Shown here in pieces: positions 51,970-64,000 of a stretch of DNA of 64,000 nucleotides. The notes under the pieces were generated by a model. It was not told the DNA's origin, ran no database searches, and saw only the letters and a program-made list of their open reading frames with translations. How positions within the stretch are numbered: the first letter of the stretch is position 1; the number at the start of each line of letters is the position of its first letter. The DNA is from Massalongia carnosa (lineage: Eukaryota). The DNA is taken from positions 868,001 through 932,000 of the forward strand of contig OZ287068.1 of the NCBI GenBank assembly GCA_965645245.1. Direction: 5' to 3'. The translations under genes and the position numbers were made by a program.

Positions 51970-54550
51970 ATCGTCGGCTCGCTTACCTCCGGGATCCGAC
52001 TTGAAAAAATGTCGACCGCATTTTAGTCGGGGAAAGCGGTTGCATCCCGGAAAGCGGTTGCATCCCCCCAAATTCAAATTTCTTCACCTTTTTGATTATT
52101 GACCAACAACCACATTGATTAAAAATCAGCCGATACCGTACTTAGCTTGAAAATTATTTCTCCGACCCAACTGATCATCAATTCAAATTCTTTCCTCTCG
52201 AATCAATCCCCCAAACCAATCTCCCCTTTCGTATCATGGATAACGACGCCTCCCTTGTCTCCACTCTCAACCCCATGGAAAGATTGGAAAAGGCGAAGGA
52301 ATTTCTGACAAATCATCCCAAAGAAAGTAAAACGACTGCAGCTAGAATCTACAATATCAACGTCAAAACTTTGACGTCTTCCATTCGTCGACCAGAAGGG
52401 AGGAAAAATGGAGGACAAAATCAGATACTGAGGGAGCATGAGGCAAGGTCAATTACTGGCTTTATTAAGTCCTTATTGATGCATGGAATTCTTCCTACAC
52501 ATCAGATGGTTTTCAAGGCTATTGTAAGTCTGAAAAAGGCCCATAACCCCCTCGAGGTAGGCCCGTCAAGAAGATGGTTTCGGAGCTGGTGGAAATGTAA
52601 CAAACTTCATAAAATAAAGACAAAACCACTAGCAATGATTCGTTATGAAGCTGCCCAAGAATCAGATGTGATAGAATGGTTTGAAAGGTATAGAGAGGTG
52701 TTGAAAGAGTTGAAAATTCGAAAAAGTCGGAACATTTTGAACTTTGATGAAGCTGGTTTTCGGGTTGGATGCATGAGGGGTCAGGAAATCATTGTTCCTG
52801 AGGAAATCAAACAATTCTACGCCGTCAGCCCGGAAAATCGCAGATCTGCGACAGTTATTGAGACTATCAATGCTGCCGGCGACTATCCCCCCCCTCCAAT
52901 GATCATCGTACAGGGTCATGACATCATGGCCACATGGTTTTTAGAAGGTGTGCCCGAGGGCACGTATGTCGTGCCCTCGAACAGTGGTTTTACATCTGAT
53001 AAGATAGCAATTGAATATTTGAAGCATCTTATCAAACATACAAATGCAGGACCTGATGCGGAATGGCAATTATTGCTGATGGATAATCATGGCAGTCATA
53101 CAACCCCTGAATTTTCACTTTTGGCCAATGAGAATCGCATTCGACCCTTTCCCTTTATACCGCATTTAACTCATTGCATGCAACCATTGGATGTGGGCGT
53201 ATTTCAGCCTTATAAGCATTGGCATTGCAAAGCTATTGAGGAAGTCGTTGCGTCGTCATTTGTCGAGTATTCTCTGTCTCAATTTATACAGGACTTTACC
53301 AAAATCAGAAATCATACATTCAAGACTTCTACGATTCGGCATGCATTTGAAAAGTCGGGAATGTGGCCGATTGATCCAAAGGCATGCATTCGTCAGCTGA
53401 AAATTTTCAATCCCAATGATCCCAATGATTCATTAAACAGTCCGAATAATAAGCCCTCATTACCTCTACCCCTACCTCGTCAAATCCAACCGACAAAAGT
53501 AGCTGACATTGAGTATTGTTTGAGTCAATGGGGACCGAAAATCAGAAAATCCATGCAATGGAGTGATCCCGCTCGGGCTGAGGAATGGGACTCATTTGTA
53601 GACAATACAAATGAAGTTGTTTCGAATGCAATTATAGATGGCACGGAGCTGGAAATGCATCGAGAATCAAGAAGAAGTCAGTTAAATAACAGACGAATGT
53701 CTCGTAAACGTCTGAGACCAGAAACCGGAAGATTAGGAATCACAGCGGAAGATGCAAAGCAGGCTATAGCCATCAGACTACAACAGGATCAAGAGGCTGA
53801 GGAGAAACGAGCGAATAATAGTTTCATGAAGCTATGGCGAATAGAAAGAGACGAAATGCATGTCAAGGGATTGGCTGCTCGAAAAGCAGAAAGAGATCGA
53901 GTTAAACAACTGAAAGAAATGCAGAAAATGCTCGGTCCCATTCCATTAAGATGTATGAGAAGATTCCTGACCCCGAGGAATTATGGAAGGCCACGAATGA
54001 GGTATGGATAGCTGAGGAAGCGAAGAAGGAAATTAGAAAGAATCCGCGTGCCAATGTCAATGAGGAAGATGTCACGTTTATCGTAGATAGCACCGGTCAT
54101 GGAGATAATTCAATCCTTCCAGATCTTCCAGAAGGGGAAAAATGGCTACGAGATGATTTCGTATCTTTCGATTTGGAAGAATCATTGAAAGAATTCGATT
54201 CGGAAGCATCTTTTCAACCAGGAGATGCGAATGATTGTTAGAATGCGGGGTATGCGGGGTATGCGGAGTAAGCGGAGAATCACGAGGGTCAGGGGGTCAG
54301 GGGAGTCAAGGGAAATGATTTTGACGACGGTGATGATGACGGCGATGATTTTCAAGCTATGTACGGTATCGGCTGATTTTTAATCAATGTGGTTGTTGGT
54401 CAATGATCAAAAAGATGAAGAAATTTGAATTTGGGGGGATGCAACCGCTTTCCGGGATGCAACCGCTTTCCGGGATGCAACCGCTTTCCCCGACTAAAAT
54501 GCGGTCGACATTTTTTCAAGTCGGATCCCGGAGGTAAGCGAGCCGACGAT
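51970..54550 (+). mobile_element. Fot1/pogo-like transposon, 2581 bp, with long (~190 bp) compound TIRs
   Basis: TA flanks at 51968-69 and 54551-52; TIRs contain an 18-bp repeat GGAAAGCGGTTGCATCCC (2 copies left, 3 right). Confidence 0.95.
52236..54241 (+). CDS. Fot1-type DD35D transposase with a probable frameshift near 53940
   Basis: NFDEAGF, LMDNHGSH, QPLDVGVF with 35-residue spacing; ORF 52236-54011 overlaps ORF 53951-54241 (YEKIPDPEE...). Confidence 0.88.
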
Positions 54551-54994
54551 TAGTTAGTAGGTATTTTTGTGCTCTATACCTTTCCCATTTTCATCTCACA
54601 AAAGGTAATTACCTTGAATTCAACCATATGATACTCAGTTCTTCCCATCCTAAAGATCTTATTTTGCACTTCGATTCGAAGGTTGGAAAATCGAGCTATG
54701 TGATGGCCAGGGCTACCTGTTAGCCTCGTTCATACGAATCAGGCATGCAAACAAAAGTACCCATAGTGCTTGCAAATTCTTACTTAAGAGGGATTATGAC
54801 TTAATTCCTTTCACTCTGAGTAGCTTAGATGAACACCATCCTCTCTTTTAATCGGCAAGCTATAAGTGCCGTTTCCCCTCTTCCGATTGATTTTTTAAGC
54901 CGCGATAATAATCAGGCCCTGAATATCATCCACATATCGCATCATTGGCGATGCGTTTTTAGTCGCGTTTTTCTTTTTGTCAAAAGCTCTCGCG

Positions 54995-56720
54995 ATGGCA
55001 ACTCCTACTATTAATCGTTTTCTTGTCGAAATCGCGGGGTTTCTGCGGACAAAGAATGGCACCAAAATCCAAGATTTTATGCTTCTCGAACCCCCGTTGC
55101 CTCCGCAATACGACCTTATCGTAAACGAGCTGAGGCAATCGTTTCCGGAGACCCACCAGGATGCTCTCGAAGCTAAGTGCAGATCACTTTTCCCAGAGGA
55201 CGAAGAGAGTGATGATGGTGGATCACCCGCTGCTTTCATTGGTTTTACCACCAAGTATTTTGCCTTTCTCCGCGACGTAGACGTCAATGACCTCGTCGAA
55301 ACGCACGAAATGCTCAAAGCTTTGCTCAAGTCAGTCAAAACAGTGGAAATTAAACTTTGAAACAATGGACTAACTTGCCGGCAGCCAAGGCATCCTGGCC
55401 CTTAGCTCGTCTATAGGACTTGTGGTATTGCCAACTATTATTTCGCTTTCTCGTACGTTGGCGCGGCTTGCAATTGGCCTTGACAAAAGGCCAGATCTCA
55501 TCGCTCACCTAACAAGAAGGGAATCGACTATAGGAAGGGAGGAAGCTGCTGAACGTGTCACTCTAGTCGAAGGCTCTGCCAACGTGATAAGGGAAGCCTT
55601 TAAAAAGTGCCTTAGTGAGCGTAGCGGACCTGTCTCGGGCGTTGACGGTGATGGAAAGCCCGAGGGGCGACGGGTTGGCATATACATAACCGCAAACCTC
55701 TGCCTCCAGCTATTTTTCCATTGTCGAAAACTACGTAGCGCAGAGCAAATCTTCGGCAACATCTATCAGCAATCACCCCCGCTGGCACTCTTCCCAGCTT
55801 CCCAGCGCGTCACTTATCTATACTATCTAGGGCGTTATCTCTTTGCTAATAGTCATTTCTTCCGTGCTCAGTTGGCCCTTCAAGCCGCTTACGACCAATG
55901 CCACCACCGCTGTCTCAAACAACGCCGCCTCATTCTCATATATCTCATCACCTCAAATATAATCCTGGGCCGCTTCCCCACTCCCAAACTTCTCCGTCGT
56001 CAAGAAGCAGCCGGCCTTGCAGATAAATTTCTACCTTTATGCTCGTCTATAGCAGCAGGCAACCTGACGTCTTTCCGCCGCCTGCTTAGCCTTGACGCCG
56101 AAAATGCTGGATGGCTTCTCTGCAAGCGTATCCTGTTGCAACTGTCAAATCGTTGCGAAATTATCGTCTGGCGCTCTCTTGCTCGCAAAACATTCATCCT
56201 TTCCGGGTCCCAGGGCGACAGCAGCAACAAAAAAGCCCCTACCCTCGACCTCAAAGACCTCTTGACCCTGGCCATCCATCTTGAATCTGAAGTTCTCAAT
56301 CCTTCTCTCTCAAATGTCATGCTCAGGGTTCGTCCGCATCATACCAATGCGCTCTTCCGCTCATCCTCCGCGCCCCCTCCACTGCAAATTAACGGTTATA
56401 CAGACCCCGATCTCCTTTCTCCAGACTTGCCCTCCTCCTTCCCAGACCTTCCTGTCATGCCCGTGATCGAGTCCATTCTAGCCTCTCTAATCGACCAAGG
56501 CCTTCTACACGGCTTTATCAGTCACCGGATTCAGCGCTTTGCCATAACAGGCGCTAAGAGCATGGGGGCGCTACAGGCTGGCTTTCCCAATGTATGGGAG
56601 GTCATATATGAGAAAGCGGATAAGGAAGTCCCTGGATGGGTTACGAGGGAGAAAGTTGGTGGATTTGGTGGCGTTATTAATCTGAGCGGGGTAAGGCCTG
56701 TAGGCGTACAATCTGGATAA
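54995..56720 (+). CDS. PCI-domain protein (Thp1/PCID2/Csn12 family), 2 exons
   Basis: QRVTYLYYLGRY, RLILIYLI, ESILASLIDQGLLHGFISH; intron 55330-55384. Confidence 0.82.
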
Positions 56721-56908
56721 GATATAGCGGATACCTAAAGATATTATGTGAAGGCGTTGAATGGAGTGATAGCCAGTACTTAGGTACCTAACCCCTTCCA
56801 AGTTTCGAATCTATTTAGAGAAGGCAGGAATAACTGGAATAGGTGTAGCCTTATCAACTGTCCTTGCTCCCATACGATTTATAACATTATTTCCTAAGTT
56901 TTTCAAAC

Positions 56909-58735
56909 TTACCCCACGTCTCTCACGCCCACGTACCAGACTGACGATATAATAAGCGTTGCCACCATGAAGCACACATATGTGTCTCTTTTGTGTGGTA
57001 AACCACTGAAGCGCTCAAGCGTCCCAAACCACACAACGCTAATGGCTAGCAGTACTTCCGTCATGATCTTGACCCAGGGAGGCAGATGATAGTAGGCATA
57101 CGCCACGGAGATACATCCGCAGATCATGGTCAGGATGATACAGCAGCGTATTTGAACCCAAGGGTAGATACCACGAACACTGACGGGGATTGGGGGGTCA
57201 CCCTTGAGTACGATGCTATCGCCCTCATACTGGTACTGCTGGATATCGGTAACAAGGTGCTGGTCAAGGAGAGTGCCTGTAATATAGCTGCGGAAAATGC
57301 ATTCGACCACAATGATGGCGGCGGGTTCTTCATTGGGTGTACAGTCTCGGAACAAGATTGCAATCAAACTGAGGGCGCTATCGGCATACAGGGGGGATTG
57401 AAGGATGCGGTCAACAGAAATCTGTTGCCACCGGACCCCAACGACAACGTGGTCAAAGGAGGATGTTGTGAACACGCCGACGAGCCTGCCAGATAGGCGC
57501 TGTTGGACGCTGGCCATGGCTCGAACAGAGAGGGATAGTCCCACGATGGTGGAAAGCCATAGCATACCATGCCCAACCACTCCCGATGGTGGGACTTTCT
57601 GAACGCGAAGCGCGCCGTACAACCAGCCGGCACATACGATTAATAACTCCATGACTGGGATGATGAATGCCCCTCCAAGCTGCCACCATGCCAGGCCGGT
57701 CGAGGTGATTTCTCCTGCAAGGAAAGGGCTCCCTTCGCCAGTCTCAAACTGGAACACGCTCTGGTCTAGGGATATCAGAGTCAAAACAGGTTCACTGCCA
57801 CTCACGTTCTGGGCGCCTAGCGTTTGCAACGTAGGTCTGATTGCCATTAGCCAGACCGCCAAGCCCCGCCCAGATGCTGCTCCCATTAGGCCAACGGCAG
57901 TTGCAACCATGATGTGAACCAAGAAATACATTCTGGACGCACACTCCATTTTTGCGGAGCGGTCGAGCCCATACTGTCCTGTCTGATGCGACAATGCGAG
58001 GTAAGGAGTTTCGTTGTTCTCCACGTTGGTGAAGTGGTAGGCAAACGAAGGCTGGTTCTTACTGTTCATCGAATCGCGGTACATCTCCTGCACGTTTGTG
58101 CAGCGTGTGGCGCGTGTGTCGCATTTCTCATTTAAGACTTTGGCGATTTCATCCGCGTGCACCTTTGGTGTCTGCTTGAGCATAATGAGCCCTTCGGCGA
58201 TGTCATCCTCCGTAAGGGGAAATATGGGCTCTCCCGTAGCTTTAACTCTTGAAGGGCAGAGCCCTTCATAACGAGGGCTCTTGATCCAATGCACCGAGCT
58301 CTCTCGCCCCGAGGTCTCCTTCAATTCTCTCCCCACCACCAAGACCTCCCATTCGTCGGCGAAGGTCTCGATTTGCATCGCAACCCGGAGAGCTAGTGCG
58401 CGCAAATCTTGTGGTGACCGCCAGCAGATCAACGCCACATCGGTCCGTAGTTTTCCATTATTCCAACCCGATTGTAAGATCCAGTCCCCACCTGACAGCG
58501 CACTTGTGATGTGAGCTGTACGCCGAGCGACTCGAATGTCGGAGGATATCGAGGAGATTGCATTCGTCGCTCGACCACTAACACTTGCTCGAACGCCGAT
58601 AAGGATCGCACCCCAGAAGGCGACGATTTGCGACGACCATGCCGCTGTAGACGAGATTGTCACGTTCTGCGCATTCGTGAGATGTGCAAAAAATATGAAA
58701 GTAAAGCGAAATGGCGCGTAGAAACATGAAATCAT
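56909..58735 (-). CDS. Hypothetical multi-pass membrane protein, 608 aa, intronless
   Basis: Long uninterrupted ORF; possible signal peptide and several hydrophobic segments; no family recognised. Confidence 0.7.
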   Translation of the reverse strand: MISCFYAPFRFTFIFFAHLTNAQNVTISSTAAWSSQIVAFWGAILIGVRASVSGRATNAISSISSDIRVARRTAHITSALSGGDWILQSGWNNGKLRTDVALICWRSPQDLRALALRVAMQIETFADEWEVLVVGRELKETSGRESSVHWIKSPRYEGLCPSRVKATGEPIFPLTEDDIAEGLIMLKQTPKVHADEIAKVLNEKCDTRATRCTNVQEMYRDSMNSKNQPSFAYHFTNVENNETPYLALSHQTGQYGLDRSAKMECASRMYFLVHIMVATAVGLMGAASGRGLAVWLMAIRPTLQTLGAQNVSGSEPVLTLISLDQSVFQFETGEGSPFLAGEITSTGLAWWQLGGAFIIPVMELLIVCAGWLYGALRVQKVPPSGVVGHGMLWLSTIVGLSLSVRAMASVQQRLSGRLVGVFTTSSFDHVVVGVRWQQISVDRILQSPLYADSALSLIAILFRDCTPNEEPAAIIVVECIFRSYITGTLLDQHLVTDIQQYQYEGDSIVLKGDPPIPVSVRGIYPWVQIRCCIILTMICGCISVAYAYYHLPPWVKIMTEVLLAISVVWFGTLERFSGLPHKRDTYVCFMVATLIISSVWYVGVRDVG

Positions 58736-58921
58736 TTTGGCGCTATTGGGCTCAACACAATCACCAGGTTATGTAACAAGCCTGTTGTCCGAAAGATTTT
58801 CGACACCCATTTCAAAGTCCTGATTTAGGAACGGTTCTATTAGCTTTACCTGGCTGTCGGCCTTTTAGTTTTCCAGCCTATTTGATCACTTCGAGCTCAA
58901 TGGCTTGAGCTAGCGTGGCTA

Positions 58922-59167
58922 GGCACGCAGGTGACAAAGTTGAATTTACACCAAAATTTCCCCCCCACCAAAATCATCGTGATTTAATGCCTAAAAGTTT
59001 GCAAGCAGTGATTGATGATGAAGACAGAATGGCAGATTATTGATTTGATTATTGAAGTTCAAAAAATCATGAAATTAACTAAAAAATGCTATGGTTTATG
59101 ATAGAAAATCCGGTGATTTTGGTGAGGAAAAAGGTTCGGTGTAAATTTAATTTTGTCACTCGCGTGC
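58922..59167. mobile_element. ~246-bp MITE with ~60-bp imperfect TIRs
   Basis: GGCACGCAGGTGACAAAGTTGAATTTACACC ... GGTGTAAATTTAATTTTGTCACTCGCGTGC; AT-rich non-coding interior; TA on both sides. Confidence 0.85.
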
Positions 59168-60964
59168 TAGGCTACCCTCGTCAGCTGATTGATGCACATG
59201 CACTTGGATGCACAATCCTGCATCACCCTAGAGCCATCAAACCCCCTGTATAACTCTATCCTTGCCCCAGAACCAAAGCAAATCGTTCCTAAATGTAAGA
59301 AAATTTCTCAACCCATCGAGCACTTACCTCCTGTGTAAGTGAGTGGAGGTTGACATGCAGGTTATGATAAAAGCCAAAACAGCTGTCAAATCCCCATCGT
59401 TGGGCCTCTACCTACCAGTTTACTCTCCAATAAAGGAGCGTTATAAGTGACTATTCTTTTCAGAGATTCTTGGTTAACAACCACACTGCTTAGTTAGGTA
59501 CTGCTGCAAATGGGTAGGGCTATATTCCTCTCTGTTCTGCGCCGGATTCAACCCTCCTCTCTTTGTTTAACACAATGGTCCAACTCCTCATAGATACCTC
59601 AACATAGCCGTGTATGAGAGTTTGAATCTTAGCGTGGAGATCTTGCTGCATATTTCCTCGTGTCCCGCCTCGTCGTATATCGAAGGTCTTGTTGCTTTAC
59701 TAATCATTCCTTCCGAATGTATGTGGTTTTTTCTCTCGCTCATGCTTCTGATCATTCTCGTTTCATCCTCAGCCCCTCTCTCCTCTGTCGGCTTCGGAAA
59801 AAATAAACCACCCCATCTCTCCCGAAAATTCCTTGCCTGTATATATATATGTATGGATCAATCTCGACCAGCTAGGCTAGCGGACAGACAGAACTCTTTA
59901 ACTTCTCGAAACTCTCACGCCTACTCTCTTTGTATAAGAAAAAAAGATAGTATGAATGAGAGAGATATCATTTGTTTAGCTATCTTTTCGGCAATCTATC
60001 GTGACAACTCCTCTTTTTCTATTCATGACCTTTCTTCATGTGGATTGATATCTTTCACATGGTGAGTTGACGAAGAAATGCAGAGAGCAGGAACTTGGCT
60101 GCTTAATGGATGGAGAAAATCCATGTTTATTTTCTTGCTCAATTTTCTTTTTAAAAACTTCCCTTACATAGTCGCAACCACTTAATCCTACAAATGTTAC
60201 ATTTATAGCAAGAACTCATCTCAACTTGTAAACTTTCCCGTCTTTGCTTCTTTCTTAACTCTGCTTCCTCTGCTATTTACTCAAGTCCGTTTTCTTTCTT
60301 TCATCAATCCCTCTGCATTTCTCATTCATCCAATTGTTGGAGTGATCTTCGACTAAGAGTGGCGTAATGAGGAACTTGTGCCTCTACGGTACTAATATGA
60401 AAGAAGTAACAAACATTATATAAATCAGTCAATTATGTCATCGCTGAGTCATCAAGCCTAGCAAATCATCAGCCTTATAGGCGGCGCTGTAACACCAATC
60501 GTCTTTCACCGTTCACTCAACTCATCAGAATGATGCTCTTCGGACAATTTCTCAGACCTAACGCTTCGCGTCATCAACTCAATCCGGTTGCATCTAACTA
60601 TCTGGAGAGAGATGGAAAAAAAGTATTCCAAAACCCTCCCTCTCTTCCTCGCTCGCCCCCTCGTTCATCATCCCTTGCCCAGCCTATGTCCAAACCCATA
60701 GCTAAATCCAAATCTAGGGAAATAATCAAACAAATAGACAAATTCAGAAAAGTGGGCGTTATTTAAAGCGTTCTTACATGGATTGATGGGTGGTGCTTAC
60801 TTACACTATCATACATAAACCTTCAATTGGAAAAAAAAAAAGACCGCCCCCCAACCTAACCCATTCCAATCCATCCCAATTCGACCGACCCCGCTCAGTT
60901 TCGCCATCCCCCCCGGACCCCAATAACCAACACCCAACACTTCCCCTTCCCTCCCTAAGTGCCA

Positions 60965-61445
60965 TCACCGCTGTTCTGAGCATGTCCACCTCCTCTTCTG
61001 GCCTCTCTCCCTCGCCGTCGCCATCGCCAGCGCCATCGGCACTGGCGGCGCGCCCCACAGCCCACGCTGCGCCACGAAGTCATTGCCTTCTTCTCCTTCT
61101 CCCTCTTCGTCTTTGCCTCCATCAACCCCGCCCTCGGGATGTCCATCTTCCTCAATTTGGCACGGCAGGTGGTGATAAGGGTTCTTCTTCAAGGGCGCAG
61201 GGGAGGAATCGGCCTGGTTGGCGGTCGGGCGGGGGTTGGAGATAGGGATTATGCGGGATTTTTCAAGGGCATTACGCGACGGGGTGGTTCGGGACAGTTC
61301 GGCAGCGTGGGGAAGTGGAACTGGTTTCGTCCACAAGCCTATTGGCATAGCGCTTTGGTCGAGGGTGAAGCTTGCGTCAGAGGCCGAGCTGGTACGCGAT
61401 GCGGTCGAGACGGCGGATGAGACGGAGCGGTAGCGGTAGGGAGAG

Positions 61446-61476
<31 letters not shown>

Positions 61477-63144
61477 TCTTGAGGGTGGGAAGGGACGAGG
61501 CGGAGCGGTGGGCGGGGGAGGGGGTGCGGAGATGCTCGGTTGAGGCAAGGAGCTTGATCTCGTAGTCAATGGGGAGATTAAGGTCGGTAGTGGATCGGCG
61601 GCGCAAGGAGGCTGGGAGGAGGGAAGAGTCGCGAGAGGAGAAGGAGAAGGAAGAGGAGGAGGAGGAAGAAGATGAAGTAGAAGAAGAAGCGGAAAGGGTG
61701 GGTTTTCGTATAGCCATTGTTAACGATGCCATGCCAACATCCAGCAAAACGGGCTGGTTCGTCAGAGCGCCAATGAGCGCGTTGCAGCCGGCGCCATGAG
61801 TGACGAGCACCAAAACAGTTTCGATTGCTTCAGCGCCGTCGGTCTCGCTGGCATCCTCATCATCACGTGTAGCCCGCCCACCTGGTCCACGGATGGCGCG
61901 ATCATCTCTGGCTCGGACATCGCAGTTCCGGTACCAATCTATCATGCTGTGCAGGCCTCGGCGAAACCGCTTGTGCATCGAGCTCCATTCCTCCCCAATG
62001 CTGCCCCCGTCACCCCAGTCGTGCGGCAGCCGCATGCTGTCCCACTGGTAATCCACCTCCACGCAAGCGTCCCGCGCGTGCGCCACGTAGCCCGGGGGGA
62101 TGGGGTCAGCCGGGGAAATGGCGTATGCGGGCGTCGGGGAAATGTATCCCTCAGCCCCCGAAACTACGTTTCCATTCACGCTCGCGGTGTTTTGATGGGA
62201 ACGTATCCCTAACGGACCAGCGCCGCTATGGCTGTTACTTCGATTGAATTTCGGTAGGCTGTGGCTAATATCAGACATGTTCGCCAGTGGACCATCCTCG
62301 TCATCTTCCAAGCTGCCGGTTCTTGATCTTGATCTTTCGCTCCCCCACCCTCCGGGAAAATTGCCTCGATTCAGGGTATTCGTAGGTAGAATCTCCACAT
62401 GCTCGCCCGGACGGAGAAGATCCGCTTTAGCGCTTGCGACCATCATGACTGAATTAGGTGGCGGTGTAATCATTTCGAAATAATCTGGGGAGAGCCACTC
62501 GCCCAGGAAGGCGTCCACGCGCAAAAGTGGTTTTGTGCTCTGCGACTTTGGCCGAGAGTTGGGAAGGGTGCCAGCTACTTTCTCTTCCGGTTCTGGGACT
62601 GCGGAGAGGAGGAGTGGGGAGCTCCATTGATCCATGGCTCGAAGATATGATGATCCGGAGTGCATTGGGTGAGAATGGGGTTTGGGGTTGGAGGAACGGG
62701 AGTGGGATTTTGGTGATCCTTCATGTTGCTCCAACCCAGCGCTGATCGCAATGGACGTTTGAATACACCGTAAGAATGGCGAGGTGTGTAAAACCACCTT
62801 CTGCCTTCGCCGCTTTAGATGATTCGATTTGCGCCCGCCTTCCTTCTTCTCCGGCCCGTCCAGAGTTGCCAGACCGGGATTCTTGAGTACGCCATTCTCG
62901 AGTGATGAGTTCAATGTAGTCTCTCGCAGTTTTAAAATATTCGCGATGCGTGTGCCAAGAGCTTGGGCTTGCTTCCACCCGCCGTATGTCAAGGGAGGAT
63001 CGTAAGGGGTGGGGGATGTAAGATGCCACTGCTTATCGGCAGCATCGAGTCTAGCTCCATGCCTGGGGAACAATTAGCGGAAAGTACATGGATTGTCGAA
63101 GCACCTTACCTTGCAACAATTACAACCGCTGGAGATTGGCCCAT
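60965..63144 (-). CDS. Histidine phosphatase / phosphoglycerate mutase family protein, 2 exons
   Basis: MGQSPAVVIVA-RHG formed across intron 63109-63063; DPPLT, TSPFLRCIQT, LGEW, LVTHGAG. Confidence 0.88.
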
Positions 63145-63499
63145 GCTTCGAACTGAGCGCAAACCCACAGTTCATGCGGCGAACGGACCGAATGATTCCC
63201 TTGCTCTACGGCATGAATTGAGGGAAAGCGCAAGCCCACAGTGGAAAAGGTCGAGATGGAAAGTTTGAAGGGGAGCCGTTGACGAGATAGGTATTATATT
63301 TCAATGACACGCCGGTACCCTGGAATAGGGGGCATCGACGTTTATGCTACTGTAACGGCCGGGCGGCGGAAGATGGAATCGCGGGGAGAGTCCGGGGGCG
63401 GCATTCCGGTTCCAAGGATCCAGGGTTATCGCCCAGTAAGGCGTCGTGGGCGTGTACCTATCCCAACCTAGTTAGATCGATAATGCGCAAGCTGAGTCC

Positions 63500-63533
63500 C
63501 CAAATACCAAATACCAAATACCAAATACCAAAT
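63500..63533. repeat. CCAAATA tandem repeat, about 5 units
   Basis: Read directly from the sequence. Confidence 0.8.
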
Positions 63534-63911
63534 TTTACTTTGTGTTATACACAACAAGACTCAAGACTTCCATTCTGTTCGTGTCGGATAATCAATATCT
63601 CCTGCACACCGCCTCTCCTTCAATCTCGTATTCCACTTGACGATGGTTGATGAATGGATCACAAAAGATGACAGTACAGAATCTAATGTAGGCTAGCCTC
63701 GTGTATGCAACTAGCTTACGCAGATATTGCTCAAAGCAGATAAGGCATCATTGGTTATGTCAAGGACCCCCAGAAACCTACAGCTCTGTAACAGTTTAAA
63801 AGCAGAACCCCCCCCTCCTTTACCCCACATTCCTCTCCCCCTAAACGTCCATTGTATATCTACCCCATCTTTCAAAAGCCCCAAGCAAAAGCTCCAGCCA
63901 AAAAAACCAAA

Positions 63912-64000
63912 ATGTACATCTCCCTCTCTCTCGCCCTACTCCTCCTTTCTCCTCTCACCGCCGGCCTCCCCCTGCAAGAACCCCTCCTGGGTAGCAGCAG
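63912..64000 (+). CDS. 5' end of a probable secreted protein, truncated by the window end
   Basis: AAAATG context; MYISLSLALLLLSPLTAG-LPLQEP is signal-peptide-like and the frame stays open to the end. Confidence 0.6.
   Translation, partial: MYISLSLALLLLSPLTAGLPLQEPLLGSS

Noticed and set aside
52029..54490. 18-bp repeats as a CRISPR-like array
   Set aside because: No spacers; they are subterminal transposon repeats in a eukaryotic genome.
59500..60500. Purine-skewed AT-rich stretch suggesting a decayed minus-strand gene
   Set aside because: Frames are repeatedly interrupted and no family is identifiable.
1973..63268. Numerous antisense or overlapping ORFs in the six-frame track
   Set aside because: Shadow frames of the real genes.

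Overview
Gene-dense nuclear DNA of a filamentous ascomycete (short GT..AG introns with CTAAC/CTGAC branch points; Pezizomycotina inferred). Recognisable host genes: Nma111 protease, INCENP/Sli15, reticulon, Xbp1-type APSES factor, topoisomerase II, a GNAT-like protein, Gyp5 RabGAP, Med4, frequenin/NCS-1, nonaspanin, Lcp5, an FMO-like enzyme, a PCI-domain protein and a histidine-phosphatase family protein. There is also an orphan membrane protein and the start of a secreted protein at the window end. Six DNA transposons are present (three Tc1-type, two pogo/Fot1-type, one piggyBac-like), three of them back-to-back at 10.3-16.5 kb, plus two miniature inverted-repeat elements. Manual reading found two intron-containing small secreted Cys-rich genes missed or only partly captured by the ORF track; one is interrupted by a 105-bp hairpin identical to the outer arms of the 2.6-kb Fot1-like element. 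The pogo relic shows an apparent CpC>TpC mutation signature instead of canonical CpA RIP. All calls come from manual motif reading; no searches were run.
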